Of a DNA stretch of 64,000 nucleotides, positions 19,745 through 29,500 are shown piece by piece. The DNA is taken from the NCBI GenBank assembly GCA_024275995.1, contig JAJRYB010000037.1, positions 4,987 through 68,986 on the forward strand, given 5' to 3'. The notes under the pieces were generated by a model. The model did no database searches and was not told the origin of the DNA. It saw only the letters and a list, made by a program, of their open reading frames with translations. The position numbers and the translations under genes were made by a program. This stretch comes from Planctomycetota bacterium. Its GTDB lineage: Bacteria > Planctomycetota > Phycisphaerae > SM23-33. Each line of letters opens with the position of its first letter. Positions within the stretch are counted from its first letter, which is position 1.

Positions 19745-20545
19745 ATGAGTTGGTTATGGCTGGCAGTCGGGTTCGCGCTCGGCGGTCCGGTATGGGTCGC
19801 CCTGGCCGTTTGGGGTGCGAGGCGCGTCTGGCGAAACGCAAAGCGCCTCTCGGCGCGTGCGAAAGGGCAAAAGCGCCTCGTCGAGCTGGCACAGCTCGCC
19901 GGAGGGCTTGCGCACGAGATCAGGAACCCCCTCTCCACGATCAACGTCAACCTTAAACTCCTCAGCGAGGACGTGGGACGCATAGGCGACGAGACACATC
20001 AACGATGGTTAAGGCGTCTGGAGAGCGTCCAGGCCTAGGCGCACCGCCTCAAGGACATCCTCGACGACTTCCTCCACTACACGAAGCGATATGAACTGTT
20101 GACGGAAACGACCGATTTTCGCACGGTGATAGAGGAGATAACCGACTTCTTTCTGCCGCAGGCGCAGGCTGCGAAGGTCGTTCTCCGATCGTCATTTTCG
20201 GACGAACCGCTCCCCTGCCGGGTGGATGTCAAGCTCATCAAGCAGGCGATGCTGAACCTTTTGATCAACGCCGTCCAGTCGATGGACGACGGTGGAGAGT
20301 TGCTGATCCGTGCGTCGAAGGCACAGGGGAAGGTCCAGGTGGAAGTGATCGACACCGGCAGTGGAATGAAGCCCGATACGCTCTCTAAAATATTCCAGGT
20401 TTACTACTCGACAAAGAAGGGTGGTAGCGGCCTGGGGCTTCCAACGACGCGACGGATCATTCACGAGCACGGCGGAACCATCCGGGCTGAGTCAGAGCCG
20501 GGAAAGGGAACGCGGTTCATAATCACCCTGCCGATGAGTGCATAG
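19745..20545 (+). pseudogene. Small membrane sensor histidine kinase interrupted by one in-frame TAG (20036-20038)
   Basis: TM helix, then the HisKA H-box (LAGGLAHEIRNPLSTI) upstream of the TAG. The same frame continues ...A*AHRLKDILDDFLHYTKR... into an HATPase_c domain with N, G1 and G2 boxes (LLINAVQS, DTGSGM, GGSGLGL). Confidence 0.65.
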
Positions 20546-20704
20546 AAACGCAAATACGAAACTCGAAACAATCTCGAAGCAACAATAACCAAAACCGCAA
20601 ACGTAAAGAAACTTCTCAAGACAAAGATTTTGCTTATTTTGTCATTCGGATTTGCTGTTTGTTTCGTATTTCGAGTTTCGATATTCGAGTTTTGGACCAC
20701 GCTT

Positions 20705-21811
20705 ATGCCTGAACCGCAATCGCCCGCCGACGAGGAACGATACACGATCGTCGTAAACGATCCGCAGCGTCACACCGACACGCGGACGATCCTGCGGCGG
20801 CTTTTCCCCGACGGCTCGCCGGGTGAGATTCGAATCCTGGTGGCGAGCGGTTCGCACTCGTTCGGGCCAGGCCGGCGAAACGCCTTTCGCCACGACCTTA
20901 CGGACGGGCTGGACTGTGCGGATTTCGCCTGGCACGATTGTCGCAGCGATTCCCTGGTCGCTATTGGTGGCGGCGCCGGCTGGCGCGGACACCCCTGGCT
21001 GCTTGAAGAAGGCCGGCTCATCGCCATCGGCAGTGTCGAACCGCACTACTTCGCTGGTTTCACCGGCGCTCACAAGACATGCACCATCGGCTGTGCGTCG
21101 CTGGCGGACATTGAAAAAAACCATGCCGGCGCGCTGAGTGAAGCGTCTCGTCCCTGCATACTGGACGGGAACCCGGTATTCGAAGGTGTCTCCGGCATGC
21201 TTTCTGCGCTCGAATCGCATCGGCCGGTGCGGTGCGTAAACCTCGTGCAGGTCGGAGGGAAAATCGTCGCGGACGCCTCCGGCAGGCCGATCGAAACCCT
21301 CAGGCAGCTTACGGCGACGGCGAGAAGCGAATTCGTCCGCGAAGTGGACATGCCCGTCGATGCGATCGTGGCGATTGTGAATGGCCCGCTCGGGCGGAGC
21401 TTTTACCAAGCGGACAAGGGCATCAAGAACAACGAATTCGCCGTGCGGGACGGGGGCGTCATCGTGCTGGTCGCGCCGTGTGCGGAGGGGATCGGACAGG
21501 ATCATTTCGTAAGCCTGCTTCGCGAGGCGCCGACATACGCCGAGGCGGTGCGCGTCGTGGCGGATCGCGGATACCGCCTGGGCGACCACAAGGCGGTGAA
21601 ACTGCGATACCTCACCGACTCCGTATGCAGGGCCGTTCGCGTGTTCGTAGTGTCGGCCGGGCTGAGCGACCGGGACGCCCACCTGCTTGGCCTGATCAAG
21701 GCGGAGAGCGTCGAGGCGGCACTCGAAGAAGCCGGCCTGGATGAGCGGACGCACAAGATTCTGCGAATTTCGGACGCAGGCAATGCGTGCGTCCTCTCCT
21801 CTCGGAATTGA
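20705..21811 (+). CDS. LarA-like (lactate racemase N-terminal domain, DUF2088) protein
   Basis: VEPHYFAGFTGAHKTCTIGCASLADIEKNH resembles the LarA HH..GFSGG.K nickel-pincer-cofactor binding region. The start is taken as MPEPQSPADE at 20705. Assignment is by recall only. Confidence 0.5.
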   Translation: MPEPQSPADEERYTIVVNDPQRHTDTRTILRRLFPDGSPGEIRILVASGSHSFGPGRRNAFRHDLTDGLDCADFAWHDCRSDSLVAIGGGAGWRGHPWLLEEGRLIAIGSVEPHYFAGFTGAHKTCTIGCASLADIEKNHAGALSEASRPCILDGNPVFEGVSGMLSALESHRPVRCVNLVQVGGKIVADASGRPIETLRQLTATARSEFVREVDMPVDAIVAIVNGPLGRSFYQADKGIKNNEFAVRDGGVIVLVAPCAEGIGQDHFVSLLREAPTYAEAVRVVADRGYRLGDHKAVKLRYLTDSVCRAVRVFVVSAGLSDRDAHLLGLIKAESVEAALEEAGLDERTHKILRISDAGNACVLSSRN

Positions 21812-21842
21812 CAGGCGGGCGCCAGCTCATTACGGTACGCAC

Positions 21843-23225
21843 ATGTCCGAAACGCCAAAACAATCAGCCGCTGAAATTCTCATCGTGGAGGACGAAGAGG
21901 CCCACGCCGAAGCGATGAAAGAGGGCCTCTCTCGTATGGGGCACAACTGTTCGGTCGTGTACGACGGGGCATCGGCAACGTTGCGCCTGGAAGCGCAGGC
22001 GTTCGATATCGTCGTGACGGACCTCAAACTCGGCGGCGAGATCGACGGACTTGGCGTGCTGGACGCCGCGACGAAACTCTCCCCTGCTACGAAGGTGATT
22101 CTGATAACCGCGCATTCGTCGGTGGAAACCTGCCGGGCTGCACTCCAGCAGGGCGCGTTTGATTACATCGAAAAACCCATCGATCTGGACGAGTTGCGGA
22201 CCGTCGTCTCGCGTGCGGCGGAGATGACCGCCCAGAGGCGGACGATCATCGAGCTTCGCAGCCGGCTTGACGAGAAGTACGGCTTCGGAAACATTATCGC
22301 CCAAAGCCCGTCGATGCTGAAGATACTGGATACGATCCGGCGGATATCCGACAGCGACTTGCCGGTGCTGATCCTGGGCGAATCCGGAACGGGCAAGGAG
22401 CTGATAGCAAACGCCATTCACCAGAACTCCAACCGCTCCGAGGGCAGGTTCGTCCCCATCAATTGCGCCGGACTGAGCGAGACGCTTCTGGAGGACGAAC
22501 TTTTCGGTCACGTCAAGGGCGCTTTCACGGGCGCGGCGGCGGACAGGCCAGGGCGGTTCGAGCACGCCGATGGTGGCACGATGTTCCTAGACGAGATCGG
22601 CGACATGCCGGCGGCGATGCAGGCCAAGCTCCTTCGCGTACTGGAAAACGGCGAGGTCGTCCGGGTCGGCGCCAACGAGTCGATCCGCGTTGACGTGCGC
22701 ATCATCAGCGCCACGAACACCGACCTTGCGGGGCGCGTCGAGGATAAAATATTCCGCGAGGACCTCTACTTCCGCATCAAGGGAGTCACAATCGAGATCC
22801 CACCGTTGCGCCAAAGGCGCGAGGACATCCCGCTGCTGGTCGAACACTTCATCCGCATCGCCAGCGAGTCGCACAATACGTCGATCAAGGGCGTCGAACC
22901 GGACGTAAAGCGCGTGTTGATGGCGTACCCCTGGCCGGGCAACATCCGCCAGCTTCGTAACGTCGTGGAGAACATGGTCGTGCTCGCCGGTGACGACAAG
23001 CTCACCGTGGGCGATCTGCCGCAGGAGTTGTTCGATCCGAACAAGGGTTCCACCGCCGGCCAGCTCGACCAGCTCGCCGGGATCACCATCGAGCAGGCGG
23101 AAAAAGAACTCATCCGCAACACGCTCCGCATGGTATCGGGCAATCGCGAGCAGGCGGCGGGGATTCTCGGAATCGGCGAACGCACGCTCTATCGCAAGAT
23201 CAAGGAATACGATCTGAAGGAATAA
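21843..23225 (+). CDS. Sigma-54-dependent response regulator (NtrC family: REC-AAA+-HTH)
   Basis: REC domain (ILIVEDEEAHAE...VVTDLKLGG). AAA+ core with Walker A GESGTGKE, the GAFTGA sigma54-contact motif and ESELFGH-like GHVKGAFTGA. C-terminal Fis-type HTH. The ORF opens at 21741; the likely start is MSETPKQ at 21843. A TTGACA box is at 21808. Confidence 0.9.
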   Translation: MSETPKQSAAEILIVEDEEAHAEAMKEGLSRMGHNCSVVYDGASATLRLEAQAFDIVVTDLKLGGEIDGLGVLDAATKLSPATKVILITAHSSVETCRAALQQGAFDYIEKPIDLDELRTVVSRAAEMTAQRRTIIELRSRLDEKYGFGNIIAQSPSMLKILDTIRRISDSDLPVLILGESGTGKELIANAIHQNSNRSEGRFVPINCAGLSETLLEDELFGHVKGAFTGAAADRPGRFEHADGGTMFLDEIGDMPAAMQAKLLRVLENGEVVRVGANESIRVDVRIISATNTDLAGRVEDKIFREDLYFRIKGVTIEIPPLRQRREDIPLLVEHFIRIASESHNTSIKGVEPDVKRVLMAYPWPGNIRQLRNVVENMVVLAGDDKLTVGDLPQELFDPNKGSTAGQLDQLAGITIEQAEKELIRNTLRMVSGNREQAAGILGIGERTLYRKIKEYDLKE

Positions 23226-23337
23226 ACGCGCTGTTCCCGTTTCCCTGAAAACCCCCGCGTTGCGGCGCGTCGGGTTTTCGTGCATGCCAGGCAAATCCTG
23301 TTATCGGGTTGGGGAGAATCCTGATATCCTGTCACTC

Positions 23338-25182
23338 ATGCCGATCAACGTGCTTCCGACATACCTGGTTAACAAGATCGCCGCCGGCGAGGTGATCGAG
23401 CGCCCCGCAAGCATCGTCAAGGAGATCGTCGAGAATGCCCTGGACGCCGGGGCGAATCGCATAGACGTTATCGTCGAGGACGGGGGTAAAAAGCGGATAA
23501 CCGTCACCGACGACGGGTCCGGAATGAACGGCGAGGACCTCGCCCTGGCGTTTGCGCCGCACGCCACCAGCAAGCTCGCCGGCGAAGACGACCTGTTCAG
23601 GATCGCGACGATGGGCTTCCGCGGCGAGGCGCTGGCGTCGATCGCGTCGGTCGCCCACGCACACATCCGCACCTGCTCGAGGGAGGCCGACAGCGGCTAT
23701 GAGATCGAAGCGTCCGGAGAAACTCTCGGCCGGGTGCGCCCGTGCGCAGCGGCGCCGGGAACCACCGTTACGGCGAGCGACCTGTTCTTCAACACGCCCG
23801 CTCGCAGGAAGTTCATGCGGACCTCCAACACGGAGTTCGCACACGTTACCGAGCAGATCGCCCGTCTTTCGCTTCCGTACCCGCAAGTGGCGTTCACGCT
23901 TACGCACAACGGGCGGAAGACGCAGGATCTTCCCGCAGCCGATTCCACCCGTCGAAGAGTGGCGGACTTTTTCGGAAATGATCTCGCCGACGTGCTCATC
24001 CCCGTAAAAAAGCGCAGCGGGCAGGTTTCCGTAACCGGCCTTATCGCCCCGCCGTCGGCTTCTCGCGCGACGGCGAAGTGGCAGTACTTTTTCCTGAACG
24101 GGCGATACGTGCGGGACAGGGTGCTCGCCCACGCCCTGCGGGAGGCCTACCGCGGGCTGCTCGACCAGTCGCGCTCGCCGGTGGCGTTTATCTTTATCGA
24201 CATGGATCCCGCCGAGGTGGACGTAAACGTGCATCCGACGAAGATCGAGGTTCGTTTCCGCGACAGTTCGCTGGTGCATGGCGAGTTGCTTGCCGCATTG
24301 AAGGAAACGCTCAACCGCGCGGAGCTGTCGCCCTCGGCTGCTTTGGACGTTTCGACGCCGGCCGATCTTTCCACCGGAGATTCCACCTCCGGCGACGCCG
24401 CATCCGAGCAGCGGCGCCAATCTCTACGGGAGGCGCTGGCGGACTTCTTCAAATCGTCACCCAAGCCCCAGCCGCGTTTCAGCTTCCCCGAATCCGCGGA
24501 ACGTAAAACTTATCCCGCCCGCGTGGAAACGTCGCAGGCCCCGCACCATGCCGAAGCCCCCCACCGCGCGAGTCCGCCGGACGAAGCGCCCCTTCGCACC
24601 ACCACCACAACGTTCCAGGTGGACAACTCCTACATCGTCTCAGCCGTCGACGACGGGCTGGTTATCGTCGATCAGCACGCCCTGCACGAGCGGATACTGT
24701 ACAACGATTTTCGTCGGCGACTTGCGAACGGTGAAACGTCCAGCCTGACCGCCCAGCGACTGCTTATTCCCGAGACGTTGGACGTCTCAGCCGCCCAGGC
24801 CGATATTCTGGATCGCTCCGCGGAGCTTCTGGGCAGGCTCGCCATCGAGCTGGTCCCGTTCGGCCCGGGAACCATGGCGGTACAGCAGTTTCCGTCCCTG
24901 CTGATCGATCGCGGCGTATCGCCGGGCGAGTTCGTGCGCGAGATGCTGGACGTCCTGTCCGACCAGGAGAACGCCGACGCCGAGCGGATACTCGAAGGCG
25001 TCCTGGCGATAATGGCGTGCAAGGCGGCGGTCAAGGCGGGCGATCCACTGACAGGGCAGGAGATGGACAACCTGCTCGTCCGACGTGACGAGGCGGACAA
25101 GGCCGCCGCCTGTCCGCACGGACGACCCACCACGCTAAAGCTCACGCTCAAGGATCTCGCCAAACAGTTCAAGCGGACCTGA
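23338..25182 (+). CDS. mutL: DNA mismatch repair protein MutL
   Basis: The N-terminal GHKL ATPase motif LVNKIAAGEVIERPASIVKEIVENALDAGA..ITVTDDGSGM is canonical MutL. The C-terminal dimerisation domain is present. Confidence 0.9.
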   Translation: MPINVLPTYLVNKIAAGEVIERPASIVKEIVENALDAGANRIDVIVEDGGKKRITVTDDGSGMNGEDLALAFAPHATSKLAGEDDLFRIATMGFRGEALASIASVAHAHIRTCSREADSGYEIEASGETLGRVRPCAAAPGTTVTASDLFFNTPARRKFMRTSNTEFAHVTEQIARLSLPYPQVAFTLTHNGRKTQDLPAADSTRRRVADFFGNDLADVLIPVKKRSGQVSVTGLIAPPSASRATAKWQYFFLNGRYVRDRVLAHALREAYRGLLDQSRSPVAFIFIDMDPAEVDVNVHPTKIEVRFRDSSLVHGELLAALKETLNRAELSPSAALDVSTPADLSTGDSTSGDAASEQRRQSLREALADFFKSSPKPQPRFSFPESAERKTYPARVETSQAPHHAEAPHRASPPDEAPLRTTTTTFQVDNSYIVSAVDDGLVIVDQHALHERILYNDFRRRLANGETSSLTAQRLLIPETLDVSAAQADILDRSAELLGRLAIELVPFGPGTMAVQQFPSLLIDRGVSPGEFVREMLDVLSDQENADAERILEGVLAIMACKAAVKAGDPLTGQEMDNLLVRRDEADKAAACPHGRPTTLKLTLKDLAKQFKRT

Positions 25183-25308
25183 CGCGGCTTGGCGGCTTTT
25201 TCCCGGAACTCGGGAAGGTCCGGTTGCAGGTTCGCCGGTAAGTCCGTAGACTCTTGAGATGATGCCGCGCCGGGACGGCGCATTGAAAGCAACACAGGGA
25301 GACATGCA

Positions 25309-26274
25309 ATGAAACGAGCGTTTCCATCGATTCTCTGCCTGGCGATTATCGCGTTCTGCAGCGGATGCGGGAGCGACTATTACGCCAACCAGATCGTCAA
25401 GCCGAACACCGACGGTGGAAAGTTCCTGCTGAAAACGGCAGGGACCGGCGAGCAGATGATCAAGCGGGGCAAGATCGACCAACACCTGCGAATTGCCGGC
25501 GCCGACGGTGACGAGATAGACGTGTGGGTCATCAAAGCCAAGGCTACCAAAACCGGCACCTCCGCCAAGGGTACGGCGATCATGCTCCACGGGATGACCA
25601 AGAGCAAGGTCCAGTTCCCCTACTTCGGCGCGGCGAGGGTGCTTTCGAGGAAAGGCTACGACGCCGTCCTTCTGGACCTTCGCGCCCACGGACGATCCGG
25701 TGGAAAATACGTAACCTACGGCGTCAAGGAAAAGATCGACGTCAAGAACGTCGTCGACGCGCTTCTCGCCGAGGGCCTCATCAGTCCGTCGATCTACGTG
25801 TTCGGCGAGAACCTCGGTGGATCGGTGGCGATCCAGTACGCAGCCATCGACCCGCGGTGCAAGGGAGTCGTCGCGTTCGCACCATACGCCGATATGCGAA
25901 GCGTTGCGCGCAGACAGTTGTGGGCGGTGGACAAGGACAAGTTCGAAGAGGTACTCGCTTCGGCGGGGAAGCTGGCGGGAATCAATCCGGACGACGCCTC
26001 CGCGGTAAAAGCGGCGGTGAACGTGAAGGTTCCAATGCTTCTGATCCACGGGCTGGTCGACCTGACCGTTCCGCTGCGTGACAGCGAGGCGATACTCGCA
26101 GCCGCAGGCGGACCCAAGAAGCTCCAGATCATCACACCCGGACCGGAGCACCTGGCGCTGCTGACCGTCATGGAAGACTGGGTAGCCGAGAAGGTCATAA
26201 AACTGGCGACCGAGGGCATCGCGACCGAAAACGAAAAAACTCCGGCGGACGAGCGGACGAAAAATAGCCCATGA
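25309..26274 (+). CDS. Alpha/beta-hydrolase fold lipoprotein
   Basis: Signal peptide plus lipobox ([12 protein letters not shown]). Alpha/beta hydrolase core ([10 protein letters not shown]...HGRSGG...). Overlaps the guaA start by 4 nt. Confidence 0.7.
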   Translation: MKRAFPSILCLAIIAFCSGCGSDYYANQIVKPNTDGGKFLLKTAGTGEQMIKRGKIDQHLRIAGADGDEIDVWVIKAKATKTGTSAKGTAIMLHGMTKSKVQFPYFGAARVLSRKGYDAVLLDLRAHGRSGGKYVTYGVKEKIDVKNVVDALLAEGLISPSIYVFGENLGGSVAIQYAAIDPRCKGVVAFAPYADMRSVARRQLWAVDKDKFEEVLASAGKLAGINPDDASAVKAAVNVKVPMLLIHGLVDLTVPLRDSEAILAAAGGPKKLQIITPGPEHLALLTVMEDWVAEKVIKLATEGIATENEKTPADERTKNSP

Positions 26275-27830
26275 GCGCACCGGCAGGACAATCGGAAACG
26301 ATCGTCATCCTCGACTTCGGCAGCCAGTACGCCCAACTGATCGCGCGGCGGGTGCGCGACAGCGGCGTCTACAGCGTTCTGGCGCACCCGGACGTTACTG
26401 CAGGAGAGCTGCGCCGGCTCAACCCCAAGGGGCTGATCTTCACCGGGGGACCGGCAAGCGTATACGAGCAGGACGCGCCGAAGTGCCGCGACGAGCTGCT
26501 CGACATGGGAATACCGATTCTCGGCATCTGCTACGGAATGCAGATCGCCTGCCGTATTCTCGGCGTGGATGTACGGAGTACAACGTCGCGGGAGTTCGGA
26601 CGAGCGTCGATGAAAATCCTCCAGCCGAACGGTCTGCTGAAAAACGTGCCGAAAGACACTACCGTCTGGATGAGCCACGGCGACCAGATCCAGGCACTAA
26701 ACGACGATTTCGAACCGCTCGCCGCCACTCCCACCTGCCCCATCGCCGCGGTGAGGCACAAAAAACGCCCGTTCTACGGCGTACAGTTCCACCCGGAAGT
26801 GACGCACACCCCGCACGGAAACGAAGTATTCGACAACTTCCTTTACGAGATATGCGGCTGCAGCGGGTTGTGGAAAATGGGATCGTTCATCGAATCGGTC
26901 GTGCAGGACGTCCAGGACAAAGTCGGCGACGAGGAGCGCGTAATCTGCGGGCTGTCCGGCGGGGTGGATTCTTCCGTGCTGGCGGCGATGCTCCACAAGG
27001 CGCTGGGCGAAAGGCTGACGTGCATCTTCGTGGACAACGGGCTGCTGCGGATGAACGAGGTCGGATTGGTGGAGCAGACCTTCCGCGGACACTTCAAGAT
27101 AGGCCTGGTAACCGTCCACGCGGAGAAGGACTTCCTCGACGCGCTGCGCGGGATTACCGACCCGCAGGACAAACGCCGTGTCATCGGGCACACGTTCATC
27201 GAGAAGTTCAAGGAAGCCGCCGCCGGAATACCCAACGCGCACTACCTTGCCCAGGGCACGCTGTATCCCGACGTGATCGAAAGCGGACATTCGCTGGCCG
27301 GACAAGCGGCGAATATCAAGCTGCACCACAACGTCGGCGGGCTTCCGGCGGAGTTGGGTTTCGAGCTGATAGAACCGCTGCGCGACCTGTTCAAGGACGA
27401 AGTCCGACGAGCGGGCGAACTGCTCGGACTACCGGAAAAAATCGTCTGGCGGCACCCGTTCCCCGGACCGGGCCTGGCGGTCAGGTGCCTGGGCGAAGTC
27501 ACCCGCGCCCGCCTGGACATACTCCGGCAGGCCGACGTGATACTCATGGACGAGATCGCCGCGAACAACCTTTACCGCAAGACCGCCCAGACCTTCGCCG
27601 TGCTCCTGCCTATCCGTTCGGTCGGAGTCATGGGCGACGGGCGAACGTACGAGAACGTCGTCGCCATCCGGTCGGTGGACTCGTCCGACTTCATGACGGC
27701 CGACTGGTCCCGCATTCCGTACGACGTGCTGGCGAAAATTTCCAACCGGATCATCAACGAGGTCCGCGGCGTCAACCGGATCGTATACGACATCTCCTCC
27801 AAACCCCCCGCGACGATCGAGTGGGAATGA
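26271..27830 (+). CDS. guaA: GMP synthase (glutamine-hydrolysing)
   Basis: N-terminal class I glutamine amidotransferase (ILGICYGMQ). ATP-PPase SGGVDSSV motif. C-terminal dimerisation region ...IEWE. Confidence 0.95.
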   Translation: MSAPAGQSETIVILDFGSQYAQLIARRVRDSGVYSVLAHPDVTAGELRRLNPKGLIFTGGPASVYEQDAPKCRDELLDMGIPILGICYGMQIACRILGVDVRSTTSREFGRASMKILQPNGLLKNVPKDTTVWMSHGDQIQALNDDFEPLAATPTCPIAAVRHKKRPFYGVQFHPEVTHTPHGNEVFDNFLYEICGCSGLWKMGSFIESVVQDVQDKVGDEERVICGLSGGVDSSVLAAMLHKALGERLTCIFVDNGLLRMNEVGLVEQTFRGHFKIGLVTVHAEKDFLDALRGITDPQDKRRVIGHTFIEKFKEAAAGIPNAHYLAQGTLYPDVIESGHSLAGQAANIKLHHNVGGLPAELGFELIEPLRDLFKDEVRRAGELLGLPEKIVWRHPFPGPGLAVRCLGEVTRARLDILRQADVILMDEIAANNLYRKTAQTFAVLLPIRSVGVMGDGRTYENVVAIRSVDSSDFMTADWSRIPYDVLAKISNRIINEVRGVNRIVYDISSKPPATIEWE

Positions 27831-27943
27831 TGAAATTGACCATTGACCATTGACTATTGAACAACGCTCCACGAGGTGCGCGCTTTGTTTCTGTTTTTCC
27901 CGATTACCCGATTAACCAGTCAACCAATTGACCATTGTGACGA
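27831..27943. repeat. Intergenic spacer built from degenerate AT-rich 7-8-mer tandem repeats (ATTGACC / CCGATTA / ACCAATTG)
   Basis: Read directly: gaaATTGACCATTGACCATTGACTATTGAACAAC ... CCGATTACCCGATTAACCAGTCAACCAATTGACCATTG. Confidence 0.7.
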
Positions 27944-29389
27944 GTGATTTCAAACCACCCCACCGCTGTTGAAGATTGCGAAAAAGGAGGCCTCAGGCAG
28001 GTTCTCTCTCTCAGCGCTCCGGCAAGCGCGAGCATGCTCGGACGGACTCTCACGCAGTTCATCGACTCGATGATGGTTTCCCGCCTGGGCCCGATAACGA
28101 TTACCGCACAGTCGATCGGCGGGCTTGTGGCGTTCGTTCCGGAGAGTTTCTCGATCGGCGCGTTGGGCGTGGTCAACACGTTCGTCTCCCAAAATCTCGG
28201 CGCAGGCAGGTTGAAGCGCTGCGGCCAGTACGCATGGGCGGGACTGGCGATAGCGGCCGTCTTGGCGGCAATCATCTACCCCCTGGCGATTTTCGCCGGT
28301 CCGCTGTTCGCTTTGATCGGTCACGAGCCGGCGGTGCAAACAGGAGAGGTGCTGTACTTTAGGTACATGATCCTTTCGGTGCCTGTGACGATGTCCATCC
28401 GCGTGCTGGAAGCTTTCTTTTACGGGCTTCATCGCCCGACCGTGGTTTTTACCGCCTCGATCATAGCCAACCTTTTTAACATCGCGGGTAATTACGTGCT
28501 GATTTTCGGCAAGTTCGGCTTCCCGGCAATGGGCCTGGAGGGCGCCGCCATCGCAACCGTCGCGAGTTGGGGATTACAACTTGCGATACTCCTGGCGGTG
28601 TTCCTTCGTCCGGAAATGCACCGATTGTACGGCACGCGGCACATTCGCGCCGCTCGTCTGCGACAATGTTTGGGCATCCTGCGAATCGGTTGGCCCGCAG
28701 GCATTCGGTTCTTCGTGGATATTTTCACGTGGAGCATATTCACGACGATTCTGATCGGCCGGTTCGGGACGGAGCACCTCGCGGCCGCGACGATCGCCGT
28801 GCGATACATGACGCTCTCGTTCATGCCAGCGATAGGAATCAGCCTGGCGACCACCGCGCTTGTGGGGCGATATATCGGACAAGGTAGGCCTGACCTCGCG
28901 CGCAGGAGAGCGCACACGGCCTTGCGGGTGGCGATGGTCTACATGGGCGCCTGCGCAACGGCATTCTGGATATGGCGGGAACCGATGATCCGCATGTTCC
29001 TTGCGGTAAGTCCCACCGCCGCGGACGGACTCGACCTGGACATGATCGTCAGCATCGGAGGACGAATCATGATCTGCGCAGCCATCTTCCAACTGTTCGA
29101 CGCGATCGGAATTACCTTCTCCGGCGCGTTGAGGGGCGCCGGGGACACGCTCCGGCCGATGATCTTCTCGATCGTACTGAACCTCGTCATACTCATCGGC
29201 GGCGGATACCTGATGGTGAAGTACTTCCCGCAGCTCGAAAGCATAGGTCCGTACATCGCGGCGACCGTCTACGTGATCGTTCTCGGTATCATGATGGCCT
29301 GGCGATTCGAGGGAGGCGCGTGGCGGAAGATCGACCTGCTCGGCAGGGGCAAGGCGAACGCCGCAACGCAACATACTCGCAATAGTTGA
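27944..29389 (+). CDS. MATE family efflux transporter
   Basis: 481 aa with about 12 TM segments. The N-terminal MATE signature region is SMMVSRLGPITITAQSIG... Confidence 0.8.
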   Translation: MISNHPTAVEDCEKGGLRQVLSLSAPASASMLGRTLTQFIDSMMVSRLGPITITAQSIGGLVAFVPESFSIGALGVVNTFVSQNLGAGRLKRCGQYAWAGLAIAAVLAAIIYPLAIFAGPLFALIGHEPAVQTGEVLYFRYMILSVPVTMSIRVLEAFFYGLHRPTVVFTASIIANLFNIAGNYVLIFGKFGFPAMGLEGAAIATVASWGLQLAILLAVFLRPEMHRLYGTRHIRAARLRQCLGILRIGWPAGIRFFVDIFTWSIFTTILIGRFGTEHLAAATIAVRYMTLSFMPAIGISLATTALVGRYIGQGRPDLARRRAHTALRVAMVYMGACATAFWIWREPMIRMFLAVSPTAADGLDLDMIVSIGGRIMICAAIFQLFDAIGITFSGALRGAGDTLRPMIFSIVLNLVILIGGGYLMVKYFPQLESIGPYIAATVYVIVLGIMMAWRFEGGAWRKIDLLGRGKANAATQHTRNS

Positions 29390-29500
29390 CGCTGCCCAAA
29401 AGCTTCGGGGTTTTTTTCACGCGGCGAATCTCTTAAACTCCTCTCAATCACGCCGGCACGGACGTTTCACACGCCGACCAGAAGACAAGAAATTAAAAAA

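Noticed and set aside
20642-21754. 370-aa minus-strand ORF
   Set aside because: It is antisense to the LarA-like gene and the kinase-LarA spacer. No motifs are present.
26483-27853. 456-aa plus-strand ORF in an alternative frame of guaA
   Set aside because: It is Arg/Pro/Gly-rich nonsense that overlaps canonical GMP synthase in another frame.
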